Positions 35,706-44,765 of a stretch of DNA of 63,038 nt are shown here, one piece after another. The notes under the pieces were generated by a model, which did not search any database, was not told where the DNA came from, and saw nothing but the letters and a program-made list of their open reading frames with translations. Position numbers and translations under genes: made by a program. Each line of letters starts with the position of its first letter. Positions within the stretch are counted from its first letter, which is position 1. Origin of the DNA: Paludibacteraceae bacterium (GTDB lineage Bacteria; Bacteroidota; Bacteroidia; Bacteroidales; Paludibacteraceae); contig JBGUYG010000030.1 in NCBI GenBank assembly GCA_045118535.1, positions 1-63,038 on the forward strand, in the 5' to 3' direction.

Positions 35706-36350
35706 ATGTTAGAAAATAAGTTTGCTCATCATATTGACAAAGAGACCATTCAAACTTTACCATTGACGGCGTTCAGTGGTAAAGTTTTTGTTATTGAAAA
35801 AGAGGAACAAGTCCAATCGGCGTATGATTATTTAATCAATCAGCCCGTTATCGGTGTGGATACGGAGGCACGGCCGTCCTTCGAAAAAGATGTGCATTAC
35901 GAGACCTCGCTGATTCAGATGGCGACTTTGGACACGTGTTTTTTGTTTCGTCTCAACAAGATTGGTTTGCACCCGCTCATCATCGCGATTTTTAACAGTC
36001 CGAATGTGAAAAAAGTGGGTTTGGCATTCAAAAATGACTTTATCGGTTTGCGGCGAGGGTATAAGCCGACTGTCGCTTTGACTCCAAAGGCGTGCGTTGA
36101 TATTCAGAGTATGGTGAATGATTACGGTATTTTGGATTTGAGTTTGCAAAAGATTACAGCCATTATGTTTGGCGAAAAAATCTCCAAAGCCCAGCAGTTG
36201 AGTAATTGGGAGGACAAAACGCTCACCGAAGCCCAAATCTCGTATGCTGCCACCGACGCTTGGATTACGTTGCGGATTTACAATCGTTTGCTCGAAACCG
36301 AACCCCTCTATCCCGACGAAGTCGCCAAACTGAAAGCAGAGAAAGGGTAA
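35706..36350 (+). CDS. 3'-5' exonuclease (DEDDy, RNase D/WRN-exo-like)
   Basis: Exo I VIGVDTEARP, Exo II VGLAFKNDFIGL, Exo III YAATDAWITLRIY. Confidence 0.8.
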   Translation: MLENKFAHHIDKETIQTLPLTAFSGKVFVIEKEEQVQSAYDYLINQPVIGVDTEARPSFEKDVHYETSLIQMATLDTCFLFRLNKIGLHPLIIAIFNSPNVKKVGLAFKNDFIGLRRGYKPTVALTPKACVDIQSMVNDYGILDLSLQKITAIMFGEKISKAQQLSNWEDKTLTEAQISYAATDAWITLRIYNRLLETEPLYPDEVAKLKAEKG

Positions 36351-36395
36351 ATAATGGATTTTATTCTAATTATTTGCTAAATGTAAAAATTGTAC

Positions 36396-36403
36396 TATTT
36401 TTG
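36396..36403 (+). promoter_or_regulatory. -7 promoter box TATTTTTG
   Basis: An exact TAnnTTTG match lies 47 nt upstream of ATG 36450. It argues that the TTG-initiated extension from 36390 is not translated. Confidence 0.4.
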
Positions 36404-36449
36404 CGGTGATATTTGGGAGTATATTGTGTACAAACAAAAGAAAACAACT

Positions 36450-36623
36450 ATGCAAACCAAGCAATTTAAAGACTACGACATTTCTGACTTCACCGTCAAA
36501 GAAAATTTGCCGCAACAAGAACCGACAAAGCGAGTTCGTGCCTCGTTCTATCGCACTAAAAAGGGCTGCTACACACCACCTGAATATATTGTTGACCGTG
36601 TAAAACTTTCAGAGGTTCTTTAA
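36450..36623 (+). CDS. 57-aa basic protein of unknown function
   Basis: MQTKQFKDYDISDFTVKENLPQQEPTKRVRASFYRTKKGCYTPPEYIVDRVKLSEVL. It has an ATG start after the promoter box, and its stop overlaps the next start (TAATG). Confidence 0.45.
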   Translation: MQTKQFKDYDISDFTVKENLPQQEPTKRVRASFYRTKKGCYTPPEYIVDRVKLSEVL

Positions 36624-37054
36624 TGGCGTATATCAAGCAATATGATGGCTTTATCAACGCTATCCTGACGGAAGCCTTTGTCTTTAAGGGTGAAGAAATT
36701 ATGCAGAGCGAGATCCCTGTTAAGCGTTTCTTTACTCAAAATGCTGCGTGGGATACAGGAGCAGAAGTAACTATTATCTCGCCTCATGTGGTACAGATGC
36801 TTGACCTCCAACCTTTTGAGAAAACACGCCTTATGGGTATTGGTGGAGACGAAGAAGTGGGTGTTTATCGTATCCATCTTGGTCTTCCCAACGGCTATTT
36901 ATATAAGAATCTTATTGTCTATTGTAGCGATATTGACGACTACGATGTCTTGATAGGAATGAACTTAATTTCCAAATCCGATTTCTTCTTGACGTCTATT
37001 GATGGAAAGAATCGTTTTTCGTTTGATATTCCTGCAACTGGCAAAGTACAATAA
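36623..37054 (+). CDS. retropepsin-like (clan AA) aspartic protease
   Basis: The 143-aa size suggests a single lobe that would have to dimerise. The active-site motif is AAWDTGAEVTIIS, and the flap and ILIGMD-like region is DVLIGMNLI. Confidence 0.7.
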   Translation: MAYIKQYDGFINAILTEAFVFKGEEIMQSEIPVKRFFTQNAAWDTGAEVTIISPHVVQMLDLQPFEKTRLMGIGGDEEVGVYRIHLGLPNGYLYKNLIVYCSDIDDYDVLIGMNLISKSDFFLTSIDGKNRFSFDIPATGKVQ

Positions 37055-37130
37055 TAACAGATAATATGAACAGATAAAAACAAATTCTTGCCTATGAAGC
37101 ATAATAATTAAAAAGGCAACATACATAATT

Positions 37131-37313
37131 AAAGCGTTTTAGTTTGAAACTTGGGTCTATAAAAGCTGGACACTTATTATAGATTGAAGATACACCAAGA
37201 GAACAAGCCGAAATGCTCACGCGAAGCGTGGGCTTTGTTCCGTAAATTTGGTGTATCAGGTAGTCCAGCAAATCCTATAGACCCGAATTGAAAATGACAT
37301 GGCACCACGCTTT
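37131..37313 (+). ncRNA. candidate structured ncRNA: ~183-nt multi-tier imperfect hairpin (6S-RNA-like geometry); strand uncertain
   Basis: Nested perfect helices: AAAGCGT/ACGCTTT, GGGTCTATA/TATAGACCC, GCTGGAC/GTCCAGC, GATACACCAA/TTGGTGTATC, GAACAAGCC/GGCTTTGTTC (1 bulge), and an apical CACGC-GAA-GCGTG. There is a large asymmetric 17/5-nt internal bubble. A T5 run follows the outer helix on the + strand. The element is intergenic. Confidence 0.4.
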
Positions 37314-37361
37314 TTATGTGTTTTAAATATTTGAAAAAATAATTTATAAAATAATAAGAAT

Positions 37362-38720
37362 ATGAAACGATTTTTTTATTTGTTAGTCGTTGTAGGCGTA
37401 GTGTTAACGGGGTGTAAAGACAATAATTCACCCGAAAATAGTGCTTTTACATTTTCCGAAGATGTAAGCAAACCGCTTGAATTTGACAATGGTGAAACTG
37501 AGCGTGCGTTGAATTTTATGGCACAAGCCGATTGGTCAGCAAGTATCCAAGATGTTACTTCACAAGCCAACAAACAAGCCAAGAAAAGTCCTCAAAAAGC
37601 CGCGGAAAATTCGGCAACATGGGTAACCGTTAGTCCGATGTCGGGTCAAAAAGGCAAGCAACAAATCACAATCACTTGCGAACCCAACAATAAAGAGACC
37701 GAACGTTCGGCAACCATTACCATCAGCGATGGAGTGAATACAATCACAATTACCATCGTGCAAGAAGCACAATCGGCAGATTTTGATATCTTTTCGGTTA
37801 TGGATGATGCAGAATTTAAAGTCTATTGTGAACAATTTGATACGAATAAAGACGGCAAATTATCACTTGATGAAGCAAATGCAGTGAAAAACATTGATGT
37901 GCATGGAGAACATGATGAGTATAATAGTTTAGGCGAAATTCAATCTTTGAAAGGGATAGCATTTTTTACGAATTTGGAAGAATTGAAGTGTGAATACAAT
38001 AAAATTACTTCTTTAGATGTGAGCAAGAATACGGCGTTAGAAAGGTTGAATTGCAATTCCAATCAATTAACATCTTTGAATGTGAGTGGTTGTACGAAGT
38101 TGAAAAGGTTGGATATTAATATCTGTAAAAAATTAACTTCTTTGGATGTGAGCAAGAATACGGCGTTGGAAGATTTGAATTGCTGTAACGATAATTTAAT
38201 ATCTTTGGATGTGAGTGGCTGTACGGCCTTGACAAGTTTGGATTGCTCTGAAAATCAATTAAATTCTTTAAATGTGAGCAACAACACAGCGTTAATAACT
38301 TTGTTTTGCTATTCCAATCAATTAACTTCGCTAGATGTGAGTAAGAATATACTATTGGGATATTTGTATTGTTATTCCAATCAATTAACTTCCTTGGATG
38401 TGAGCAATAATACGGCTTTGATAGACTTTTATTGCTATTCCAATCAATTAATTTCGCTAGATGTGAGTAAGAATATACTATTGGGATATTTATATTGTTA
38501 TTCCAATCAATTAACTTCTTTAGATGTGAGTAATAATACAGCATTGAGAGAGTTGTGGTGCAATGAAAATAAAATACCTTCTTTGGATGTGAGTGCTTGT
38601 ACGGCATTGACGTATTTGAATTGCGTGAGCAATCCTTTGCAAACGCTTTACATGAAAACAGAGCAAATTAGTATAGTGAACCTTCTGAAGCCCGATGAAA
38701 CAAATATAGTGTATAAATAA
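37362..38720 (+). CDS. surface lipoprotein: BACON-like domain + dockerin/EF-hand-like segment + ~11 leucine-rich repeats
   Basis: Lipobox VVLTGC, a BACON-like WVTVSPMSGQKGKQQITITCEPN...ATITISDG segment, DTNKDGKLSLDEAN, then 21-22-aa LRRs (LTSLDVSxNTALxxLxCxxNQ). Confidence 0.85.
   Translation: MKRFFYLLVVVGVVLTGCKDNNSPENSAFTFSEDVSKPLEFDNGETERALNFMAQADWSASIQDVTSQANKQAKKSPQKAAENSATWVTVSPMSGQKGKQQITITCEPNNKETERSATITISDGVNTITITIVQEAQSADFDIFSVMDDAEFKVYCEQFDTNKDGKLSLDEANAVKNIDVHGEHDEYNSLGEIQSLKGIAFFTNLEELKCEYNKITSLDVSKNTALERLNCNSNQLTSLNVSGCTKLKRLDINICKKLTSLDVSKNTALEDLNCCNDNLISLDVSGCTALTSLDCSENQLNSLNVSNNTALITLFCYSNQLTSLDVSKNILLGYLYCYSNQLTSLDVSNNTALIDFYCYSNQLISLDVSKNILLGYLYCYSNQLTSLDVSNNTALRELWCNENKIPSLDVSACTALTYLNCVSNPLQTLYMKTEQISIVNLLKPDETNIVYK
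38307..38558 (+). repeat. near-identical 126-nt tandem duplication (2 LRR units each) inside the LRR gene
   Basis: Copy 1 (38307-38432) and copy 2 (38433-38558) differ at only a handful of positions (TGCTATTCCAATCAATTAA(C/T)TTCGCTAGATGTGAGTAAGAATATACTATTGGGATATTT...). Confidence 0.8.
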
Positions 38721-38748
38721 TTTCTGACAAAAGTGTAAAAAAGAATTG

Positions 38749-38783
38749 GAAGTGCAGGGCATTCGTTTTGTACTTCTTTTTTG
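38749..38783 (+). terminator. Rho-independent terminator after the LRR gene
   Basis: GAAGTGCA-(12 nt)-TGTACTTC (8 bp, one G.U), followed by TTTTTTGCTTT. Confidence 0.6.
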
Positions 38784-38906
38784 CTTTCGTGATGTTCAAA
38801 ACCTCTTTTCTCCCTTCTTACGATTTTAAACATAAAAAATTATTTTCTTCCTATTTTTTCATTTTTGTAATAAAAAACCTATATTCGCAAAAAAAATAAT
38901 AATCGT

Positions 38907-39452
38907 ATGACAAAGAAATTTATTTGTCCTATTTGTGGATATATCCACGAAGGGACCGAAGCCCCAGAAAGATGCCCACAGTGTAAACAAGTCGTTGAGT
39001 GGAAAGTGATGGACGATTCTAAACTCTCCTTCGCTTGCGAACACGTGATTGGCGTGGCAAAAGATTCCGATGAGGAAATGATCAAGGATTTGAATGCACA
39101 ATTTTTGAGTGAAGCAACCGAAGTGGGAATGTACTTGGCAATGTCTCGTCAAGCCGACCGCGAAGGATACCCCGAGATTGCCGAAGCCTTCAAACGTTAC
39201 GCTTTTGAAGAGGCTGAACACTGTGCAAAGTTTGCTGAATTGTTAGGCGATGTAGTGTGGGATACCAAAACCAACCTTGAAAAACGTATGCTCGCTGAGG
39301 CAGGTGCTTGCGAAGGGAAATTGAAGATAGCGATGCGTGCAAAACAACAAAACTGGGACGCAATCCACGACACCGTACACGAGATGGCAAAAGACGAAGC
39401 ACGTCACGGTTGTGGCTTTGAAGGGTTGTATAACCGCTATTTTAAAAAGTAA
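38907..39452 (+). CDS. reverse rubrerythrin (N-terminal rubredoxin-like Cys4 + ferritin-like diiron domain)
   Basis: CPICGY...CPQC at the N-terminus, then ExxH diiron motifs ([20 protein letters not shown]..., DEARH). Confidence 0.9.
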   Translation: MTKKFICPICGYIHEGTEAPERCPQCKQVVEWKVMDDSKLSFACEHVIGVAKDSDEEMIKDLNAQFLSEATEVGMYLAMSRQADREGYPEIAEAFKRYAFEEAEHCAKFAELLGDVVWDTKTNLEKRMLAEAGACEGKLKIAMRAKQQNWDAIHDTVHEMAKDEARHGCGFEGLYNRYFKK

Positions 39453-39471
39453 TCGTTCAGCTGAAATCATG

Positions 39472-39516
39472 CCGATAATGCGCACGTTGCACTATCGGTG
39501 TGTTTTTATTTTTTGA
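39472..39516 (+). terminator. terminator-like hairpin plus T-run after rubrerythrin
   Basis: CCGATA-(15 nt)-TATCGG, followed by TGTGTTTTTATTTTTT. Confidence 0.5.
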
Positions 39517-39518
39517 TT

Positions 39519-39842
39519 ATGACTGTACAAGACGTTTTTGAACTACGGAAGCAAGGCAAGATTCAAGAAGCGTATGAAGCCATCGTGCCAATGTATCACG
39601 AACATCACGGCAAATACACTACGCTGGCTATGTTTTTGGTGGGAATCGACAAACTACGTCTTAATTTAGACCAAATCGACGTCAATAATCCTCATTGGCA
39701 GGTGTTGTTGGAAGAAAGCGACTTGATTTACAAGAGTTTGGTGCGACTCTATCCGAAGGTGCAAGACGAAGATGAGACGCTCAAAAAGATGTTAAACAAG
39801 TGGGGAAAGGTCTTAGATACTTGTAAAAAGTTACAGGAATGA
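39519..39842 (+). CDS. hypothetical protein (107 aa)
   Basis: ATG 39519 (MTVQDVFELRKQGK...) lies after the terminator, whereas the track start at 39498 is GTG inside it. The stop overlaps the next start (ATGA). Confidence 0.5.
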   Translation: MTVQDVFELRKQGKIQEAYEAIVPMYHEHHGKYTTLAMFLVGIDKLRLNLDQIDVNNPHWQVLLEESDLIYKSLVRLYPKVQDEDETLKKMLNKWGKVLDTCKKLQE

Positions 39843-40768
39843 AGAATTTTGCATTGGTTGGAGTGGCAGGGTACATCGCCCCGAGACATATCAAAGCGAT
39901 TGCACAAACGGAGAATAATCTGTTGGTTGCTCACGATAAACACGACTCGGTGGGCTCTTTGGATGCCACGTTTCCACAATGCGTTTTTTTTAAACATTTT
40001 GAGCCATTTGACGATTTTTGTTTTCAGCAAAATAAATCCGACAACCCCATTGATTTTTTGACCATTTGTACGCCGAACTACACGCACGAGAGTTTGATTC
40101 GGTACGGTTTGCGGATGGGTTGGGATGTGATTTGCGAAAAACCGCTGATACTCAATCCCGCTCATTTGGACGACCTCAAGCAAGAAGAAAAGCGAAGTGG
40201 CAAGCGAGTGAACGTCATCTCGCAACTGCGTCTGCACGACAAAATCAAGGAGGTAAAAAGCAAAATTGCTGCGGCTCCGAACAAAATATACGATGTTGAT
40301 TTGACCTACATCACGGCTCGTGGCAGTTGGTATGATGCAAGTTGGAAGGGCAACGAGGCGAAGTCGGGTGGGTTGGCAGTGAATATCGGCATCCATTTTT
40401 ACGACTTGTTGCAGTGGCTTTTTGGAGCCGTGAAAAAGAATGTGCTTCATCTCAAAACTGCGGATAGCGTGGCAGGGTTTTTGGAGTTGGAGCGGGCGAG
40501 AGTGCGGTATTTTTTAAGTATCAATGCAAAGCTGTTGCCTGCAAACGCTTCGCACACTTTTTATCGTTCGATGACTATTGATGGGCAAGAGATTGAGTTT
40601 TCCAACGGCTTTACCGACCTGCATACCGAGAGTTACCAACAGATTCTCGCAGGGCATGGTTTCGGGATTGATGATGCACGGGCAGGCATTGAAATAACCT
40701 ACGACATTCGCCAACAACAACCTATCGGGTTAGTGGGAGATTTTCATCCGTTGGCAAAAAAGGCATGA
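39839..40768 (+). CDS. Gfo/Idh/MocA-family sugar-nucleotide oxidoreductase (WbpB/WlbA-like)
   Basis: An N-terminal Rossmann motif FALVGVAGYIAPRHIKAI and a family-like C-domain. It lies at the head of a capsule export module. Confidence 0.8.
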   Translation: MKNFALVGVAGYIAPRHIKAIAQTENNLLVAHDKHDSVGSLDATFPQCVFFKHFEPFDDFCFQQNKSDNPIDFLTICTPNYTHESLIRYGLRMGWDVICEKPLILNPAHLDDLKQEEKRSGKRVNVISQLRLHDKIKEVKSKIAAAPNKIYDVDLTYITARGSWYDASWKGNEAKSGGLAVNIGIHFYDLLQWLFGAVKKNVLHLKTADSVAGFLELERARVRYFLSINAKLLPANASHTFYRSMTIDGQEIEFSNGFTDLHTESYQQILAGHGFGIDDARAGIEITYDIRQQQPIGLVGDFHPLAKKA

Positions 40769-41583
40769 ACAGCATGAGGGCTAAAAAATACATATTGTGG
40801 GTTTTGTTAGGAAGTGTTTTTCTCATTTTCCAGAGTTGCGTTACGTCCAGAAAAGTGAACTTATTGCAGGCTTCTTCGGGCTCTATCCCTACCTACAACG
40901 ACACCCTCAACCACACCGCTTACCAAATCAAACCCAACGACCGTTTGGATATTTTCGTGCATTCGCTCAACGAGGACATCAGCAACTACTTCAACCCCTC
41001 TTTTGTCAATCGTGCCGAGTTGGAGACGAGCAACACAAGCAATGCCGATTTGGCGACTTATTTGGTGGACGAAAATGGCGAAATCACCTTCCCGATGCTG
41101 GGGAAGATAGCGGTTGGGGGACTTACGACACGGGGCGTGAAAGAGAAATTAGAAGCCGATTTGCCACAGTTGTTCAGCACGAATGCCACGCCCATCTCGG
41201 TCGATGTGCGAGTGGTGAGGCGATATTTTAGTGTGATTAGTGCGGTGAATAGCGGAAGGTATCCGATGAATGCTGACAAAATCAACATTTACGATGCCCT
41301 CGCGATGTTTGGAAATTTGGACGATTTTAGCGACCGAAGCAAAGTGACGGTGGTGCGGACGATGTCAAACGGACAGACGGTTTTGAAAACCTTCGATTTG
41401 CGGTCGGAAGATATTATCCATTCCGAGTTTTTTTACATTGAACCCGACGACGTGATTTATATCCCCAAGATGAAAGGCTACTCGTTCGGGCTTTCTTCGG
41501 TTACGAATACGATTGCCATCACGGCTTCGACTATTTCGTTTGCGGGACTGATTTATGCAGTGATTATGCGGATTGTAAATTAA
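40765..41583 (+). CDS. polysaccharide export protein (Wza-like)
   Basis: Signal peptide, then YQIKPNDRLDIFV...VDENGEITFPMLGKIAVGGLTTRGVKEKLE (Poly_export) plus an SLBB-like part. Confidence 0.8.
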   Translation: MNSMRAKKYILWVLLGSVFLIFQSCVTSRKVNLLQASSGSIPTYNDTLNHTAYQIKPNDRLDIFVHSLNEDISNYFNPSFVNRAELETSNTSNADLATYLVDENGEITFPMLGKIAVGGLTTRGVKEKLEADLPQLFSTNATPISVDVRVVRRYFSVISAVNSGRYPMNADKINIYDALAMFGNLDDFSDRSKVTVVRTMSNGQTVLKTFDLRSEDIIHSEFFYIEPDDVIYIPKMKGYSFGLSSVTNTIAITASTISFAGLIYAVIMRIVN

Positions 41584-41589
41584 AAAACT

Positions 41590-42309
41590 ATGCGGATCGT
41601 TCATTGTTACATAATCGTTTTGACGTGTTTGCTCACAAGTTGCTACGGGCATCGGCAGGTGGGTTTGTTGCAAACTCGCACTAACTTACCGCAATACGAT
41701 TCGGTCGTGTATCAACCCTATCGGCTGCAAGTGAACGATGAAATAGCCTATCGGATTATGTCTATGGATAAAACCATCACGCCGACCCTCAACAAAAACG
41801 CCGTTACGCGTATCTACGAGGACGGCACGATTGATATTCCGTTTGTGTCGCCCGTGAAAATAGTGGGTTTAACCGAAGCCGAGGCGACTGACACGTTGCG
41901 GTCGCATTTGCGGAACTTCATCCCTGATGCCGAAATCAAAATCGCTCTGCACAATAAACAGTTTACCGTTTTGGGCGATGTCGTTTCGGGCAAATATCCC
42001 ATTTACAAGGAGCGTTTGACGATTTTTCAAGCATTGGCGATGACGGGCGATGTGATGACTTCTGCTGACAAACGCCATATCCGCATCGTTCGCAATATCG
42101 GTAGCCAACAACCCCAGATTTTAGAATTTGATTTACGAACCAATACAGTTATCAATTCCGAGTATTATTACGTCTATCCGAACGACTTGATTTACGTCAG
42201 TCGCGACAAGGGAAGTTTCTACAAAGTGCCTTCGTATGCGAGTTTTATCGCCTTGGTCAGTTCTTCCGTTTCATTACTCGTAGTTGTACTTAATTATTCA
42301 GGCTTATGA
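41590..42309 (+). CDS. second polysaccharide export protein paralog (Wza-like)
   Basis: YRLQVNDEIAYRI...EDGTIDIPFVSPVKIVGLTEAEA plus an SLBB-like part. It is in tandem with the previous paralog. Confidence 0.8.
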   Translation: MRIVHCYIIVLTCLLTSCYGHRQVGLLQTRTNLPQYDSVVYQPYRLQVNDEIAYRIMSMDKTITPTLNKNAVTRIYEDGTIDIPFVSPVKIVGLTEAEATDTLRSHLRNFIPDAEIKIALHNKQFTVLGDVVSGKYPIYKERLTIFQALAMTGDVMTSADKRHIRIVRNIGSQQPQILEFDLRTNTVINSEYYYVYPNDLIYVSRDKGSFYKVPSYASFIALVSSSVSLLVVVLNYSGL

Positions 42310-44660
42310 ATCCAAAACAAACTATGCCTTTTCAAGATGAACCCTCCAACTTCCATTTGGGTGAGTGGATAGAAAAAAGTAAAAGATATTGGTATCTTTT
42401 TGTGGTTGCGGGCATCATCGCCGTAGGTTTTATCGTTTTTACGAACCTCCAATGGACACCGACTTACAAAGTGGCAGGTCGGCTTATGGTGAACCACAAC
42501 CAGCAAAAGAACACCTTGCCCAACAGCAACACCAACCCGTTTGATTACAATGGCGTTGCGGCTCAGCGAGAAATCAATAACCAGCTGATTTTGATGACGA
42601 GTTATGATTTTTTGTCGCGAGTGGTGGATTCGTTGCCCGACTTGTTGGTGGAGTATAGCGAGCAAAAGAAGTTGAAACATTACGACCTCTACAAACGTTC
42701 GCCCATCAAAATGGTGGATTATCAAATCACGGACAAAGCGGCTTATAATCAAAGTTTTTCGTGTGTGGTGTTGGCAGAAAATCAAATTCAAATCGAAAGC
42801 GAAGATAAATCCTTCCAGCAAGTGGTTGAGTTGGATAAACCCTTTGAAACGCCGTATTTTAAAGCCACTATTGCCCAAAATGCTCCGTTTGAAAAGGTTT
42901 CGTTCCGCTTTAACGACAAAGAAATTATCATCCAAACGCTCGCTAAACGCCTTAAAATGAATGCCGTGATGAATAATAGTGCGGCGATTGATGTTTTCCT
43001 GACCACCAACTCGTTGCAAAAAGGGTACGACATTATCAACACGATTTTGTATCTGGTGCAACGGACGAACATTGAACGCAAAAATAAGATGGCGAACAGT
43101 AGCATTGATTTCATCAATTCGCAACTGCAACTCCTCTCGCACGACCTGCAACAAAGCGAGAATAGCCTGACCAACTTCCATTCGCAAAACAAAATTTTAG
43201 ACCCCACGAACTACGGCAGCACTTTGACGCAACGGTTGGCACAATACGAGCAGGACTTGGCACTTTCGCAACTCAAAGAAAACTACCTCAACTATTTGTC
43301 GGACTACTTGCAACAGTCCATCGCCACCGAGAGCGTTGCCTCACCTTCTGCCTTGGGGCTTACGGACGGGGCTTTGACCAGTTATGTCCAGCAACTCAAC
43401 ACGCTCCAACTCCAACGAGCAGAGCTCAGCGAACAGAACATCTACTATGCGAAATATACGACCGACATTGAAAACGTCAAAAAAACGATTGCGGAGGTTA
43501 TCAAGTCGATGCGAAGCACGTTGGGCATCGAAAAACAAAACCTGCAAAACAACATCACGCAGTTAGAAAAGCAAATCAAAGACTTGCCGCAAAAAGAGAT
43601 GCAAATCTCGTCTATTCAGCGGGATTATCGGGTAAGCGATACGTACTACACGTTTTTCCTGCAAAAGCGGGCAGAAGCGGAGATTCAGCGGGCGAGCAAC
43701 ACGTCCGACCATGAGATTTTGGAGTACGCACACGTGCTTTCCGTAACGAACAAATACCGCAAAACCAACATGCTTATTCTGTGCCTTTTGTTGGCGTTAC
43801 TGGTGCCGTTCGGTTTGGTGGTTTTGTTGGAAAAAACGAACAATCGTTTCCGAGACGAAAAAGATGTGAAGAGTGTTGTGGATTATCCTTTGCTATCTTT
43901 CTTATCGCATCTTCGCAGTAATAACCCGACTATTGCTTTGTCTAAACCTCGTTCCGCATACGCCGAACAATTACGTGTGATTCGTAACAAAGTCGAGTTT
44001 ATTTTGAAGCGAAAAACGGATATGCTCATTGCTATCACTTCCACCCAGTCAGGCGATGGGAAGACATTTTTCTCCACCAACTTGGCAACGATTTATGCGA
44101 TGAGTGGGAAAAAGACGTTGCTGGTGGATATGGATATTCGCAAGCCGAGCATTCACGGCGTTTTGCAAATCCCAAAACAGAAGGGTTTGAGCAATTACCT
44201 CATTCATGATTGTAGTTTGGACGAAATCATCATCAAAGACGACCGTTATCCGTTTGATTTTATCCAAGCGGGAGCGATTCCACCCAATCCGGGCGAGATG
44301 ATTCGTTCCGATGAAATGGAGGCTTTTTTGCAGTCGGTGCGTAAGATGTACAATTTTGTGATTGTGGATACGTCGCCGATTGGCATGGTGCCAGACGCAA
44401 GTTTTGTGGTTGCCAATACCGATATAACCTTGTACGTCATTCGTCAGCTGAAAACCGACAAACAGTTCTGCTTAAACGTCTTGGAGCAACTGCACGAGAA
44501 CTACAAAGACAAGATTTACCTGATTTTGTCGGACGTGGACAAGAAAAACCAGCAAGAATACACCTACGGCATGGGCGTCAAGCCAACGTGGTGGCAACAA
44601 CTCAAAGCAAAAATAACCCACCAAGAATTCGCCAATCCGTATTATACTGATGAAGAGTAG
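42306..44660 (+). CDS. polysaccharide chain-length determinant / tyrosine autokinase (Wzc family)
   Basis: Wzz-like N-domain, coiled-coil, second TM helix, a P-loop ITSTQSGDGKTFFSTNLA, Walker A'/B (LLVDMDIRKP, VIVDTSP) and a Tyr-containing tail (EYTYG...YYTDEE). Confidence 0.9.
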   Translation: MNPKQTMPFQDEPSNFHLGEWIEKSKRYWYLFVVAGIIAVGFIVFTNLQWTPTYKVAGRLMVNHNQQKNTLPNSNTNPFDYNGVAAQREINNQLILMTSYDFLSRVVDSLPDLLVEYSEQKKLKHYDLYKRSPIKMVDYQITDKAAYNQSFSCVVLAENQIQIESEDKSFQQVVELDKPFETPYFKATIAQNAPFEKVSFRFNDKEIIIQTLAKRLKMNAVMNNSAAIDVFLTTNSLQKGYDIINTILYLVQRTNIERKNKMANSSIDFINSQLQLLSHDLQQSENSLTNFHSQNKILDPTNYGSTLTQRLAQYEQDLALSQLKENYLNYLSDYLQQSIATESVASPSALGLTDGALTSYVQQLNTLQLQRAELSEQNIYYAKYTTDIENVKKTIAEVIKSMRSTLGIEKQNLQNNITQLEKQIKDLPQKEMQISSIQRDYRVSDTYYTFFLQKRAEAEIQRASNTSDHEILEYAHVLSVTNKYRKTNMLILCLLLALLVPFGLVVLLEKTNNRFRDEKDVKSVVDYPLLSFLSHLRSNNPTIALSKPRSAYAEQLRVIRNKVEFILKRKTDMLIAITSTQSGDGKTFFSTNLATIYAMSGKKTLLVDMDIRKPSIHGVLQIPKQKGLSNYLIHDCSLDEIIIKDDRYPFDFIQAGAIPPNPGEMIRSDEMEAFLQSVRKMYNFVIVDTSPIGMVPDASFVVANTDITLYVIRQLKTDKQFCLNVLEQLHENYKDKIYLILSDVDKKNQQEYTYGMGVKPTWWQQLKAKITHQEFANPYYTDEE

Positions 44661-44765
44661 GGTGGAGGTGAAAAGCGTTTTTTTTTGCAAAATGGAGAAA
44701 AATGTGTACTTTTGCAAAAAATATTATGTAAAATAAGTTTTACCTGAAAATTAATCTTTTAAACT

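Noticed and set aside
37153-37284. SRP (4.5S) RNA as the identity of the long hairpin
   Set aside because: The apex is CACGC-GAA-GCGTG. The conserved domain IV features are absent in the right geometry on either strand: a GGAA/GNRA tetraloop flanked by the AGG...AGCA symmetric and asymmetric loops.
37944-38682. Regularly spaced ~63-nt repeats that could be mistaken for a CRISPR array or satellite
   Set aside because: The periodicity is in-frame inside a long ORF and encodes canonical 21-22-aa leucine-rich repeats. There are no unique spacers, no leader and no cas genes.
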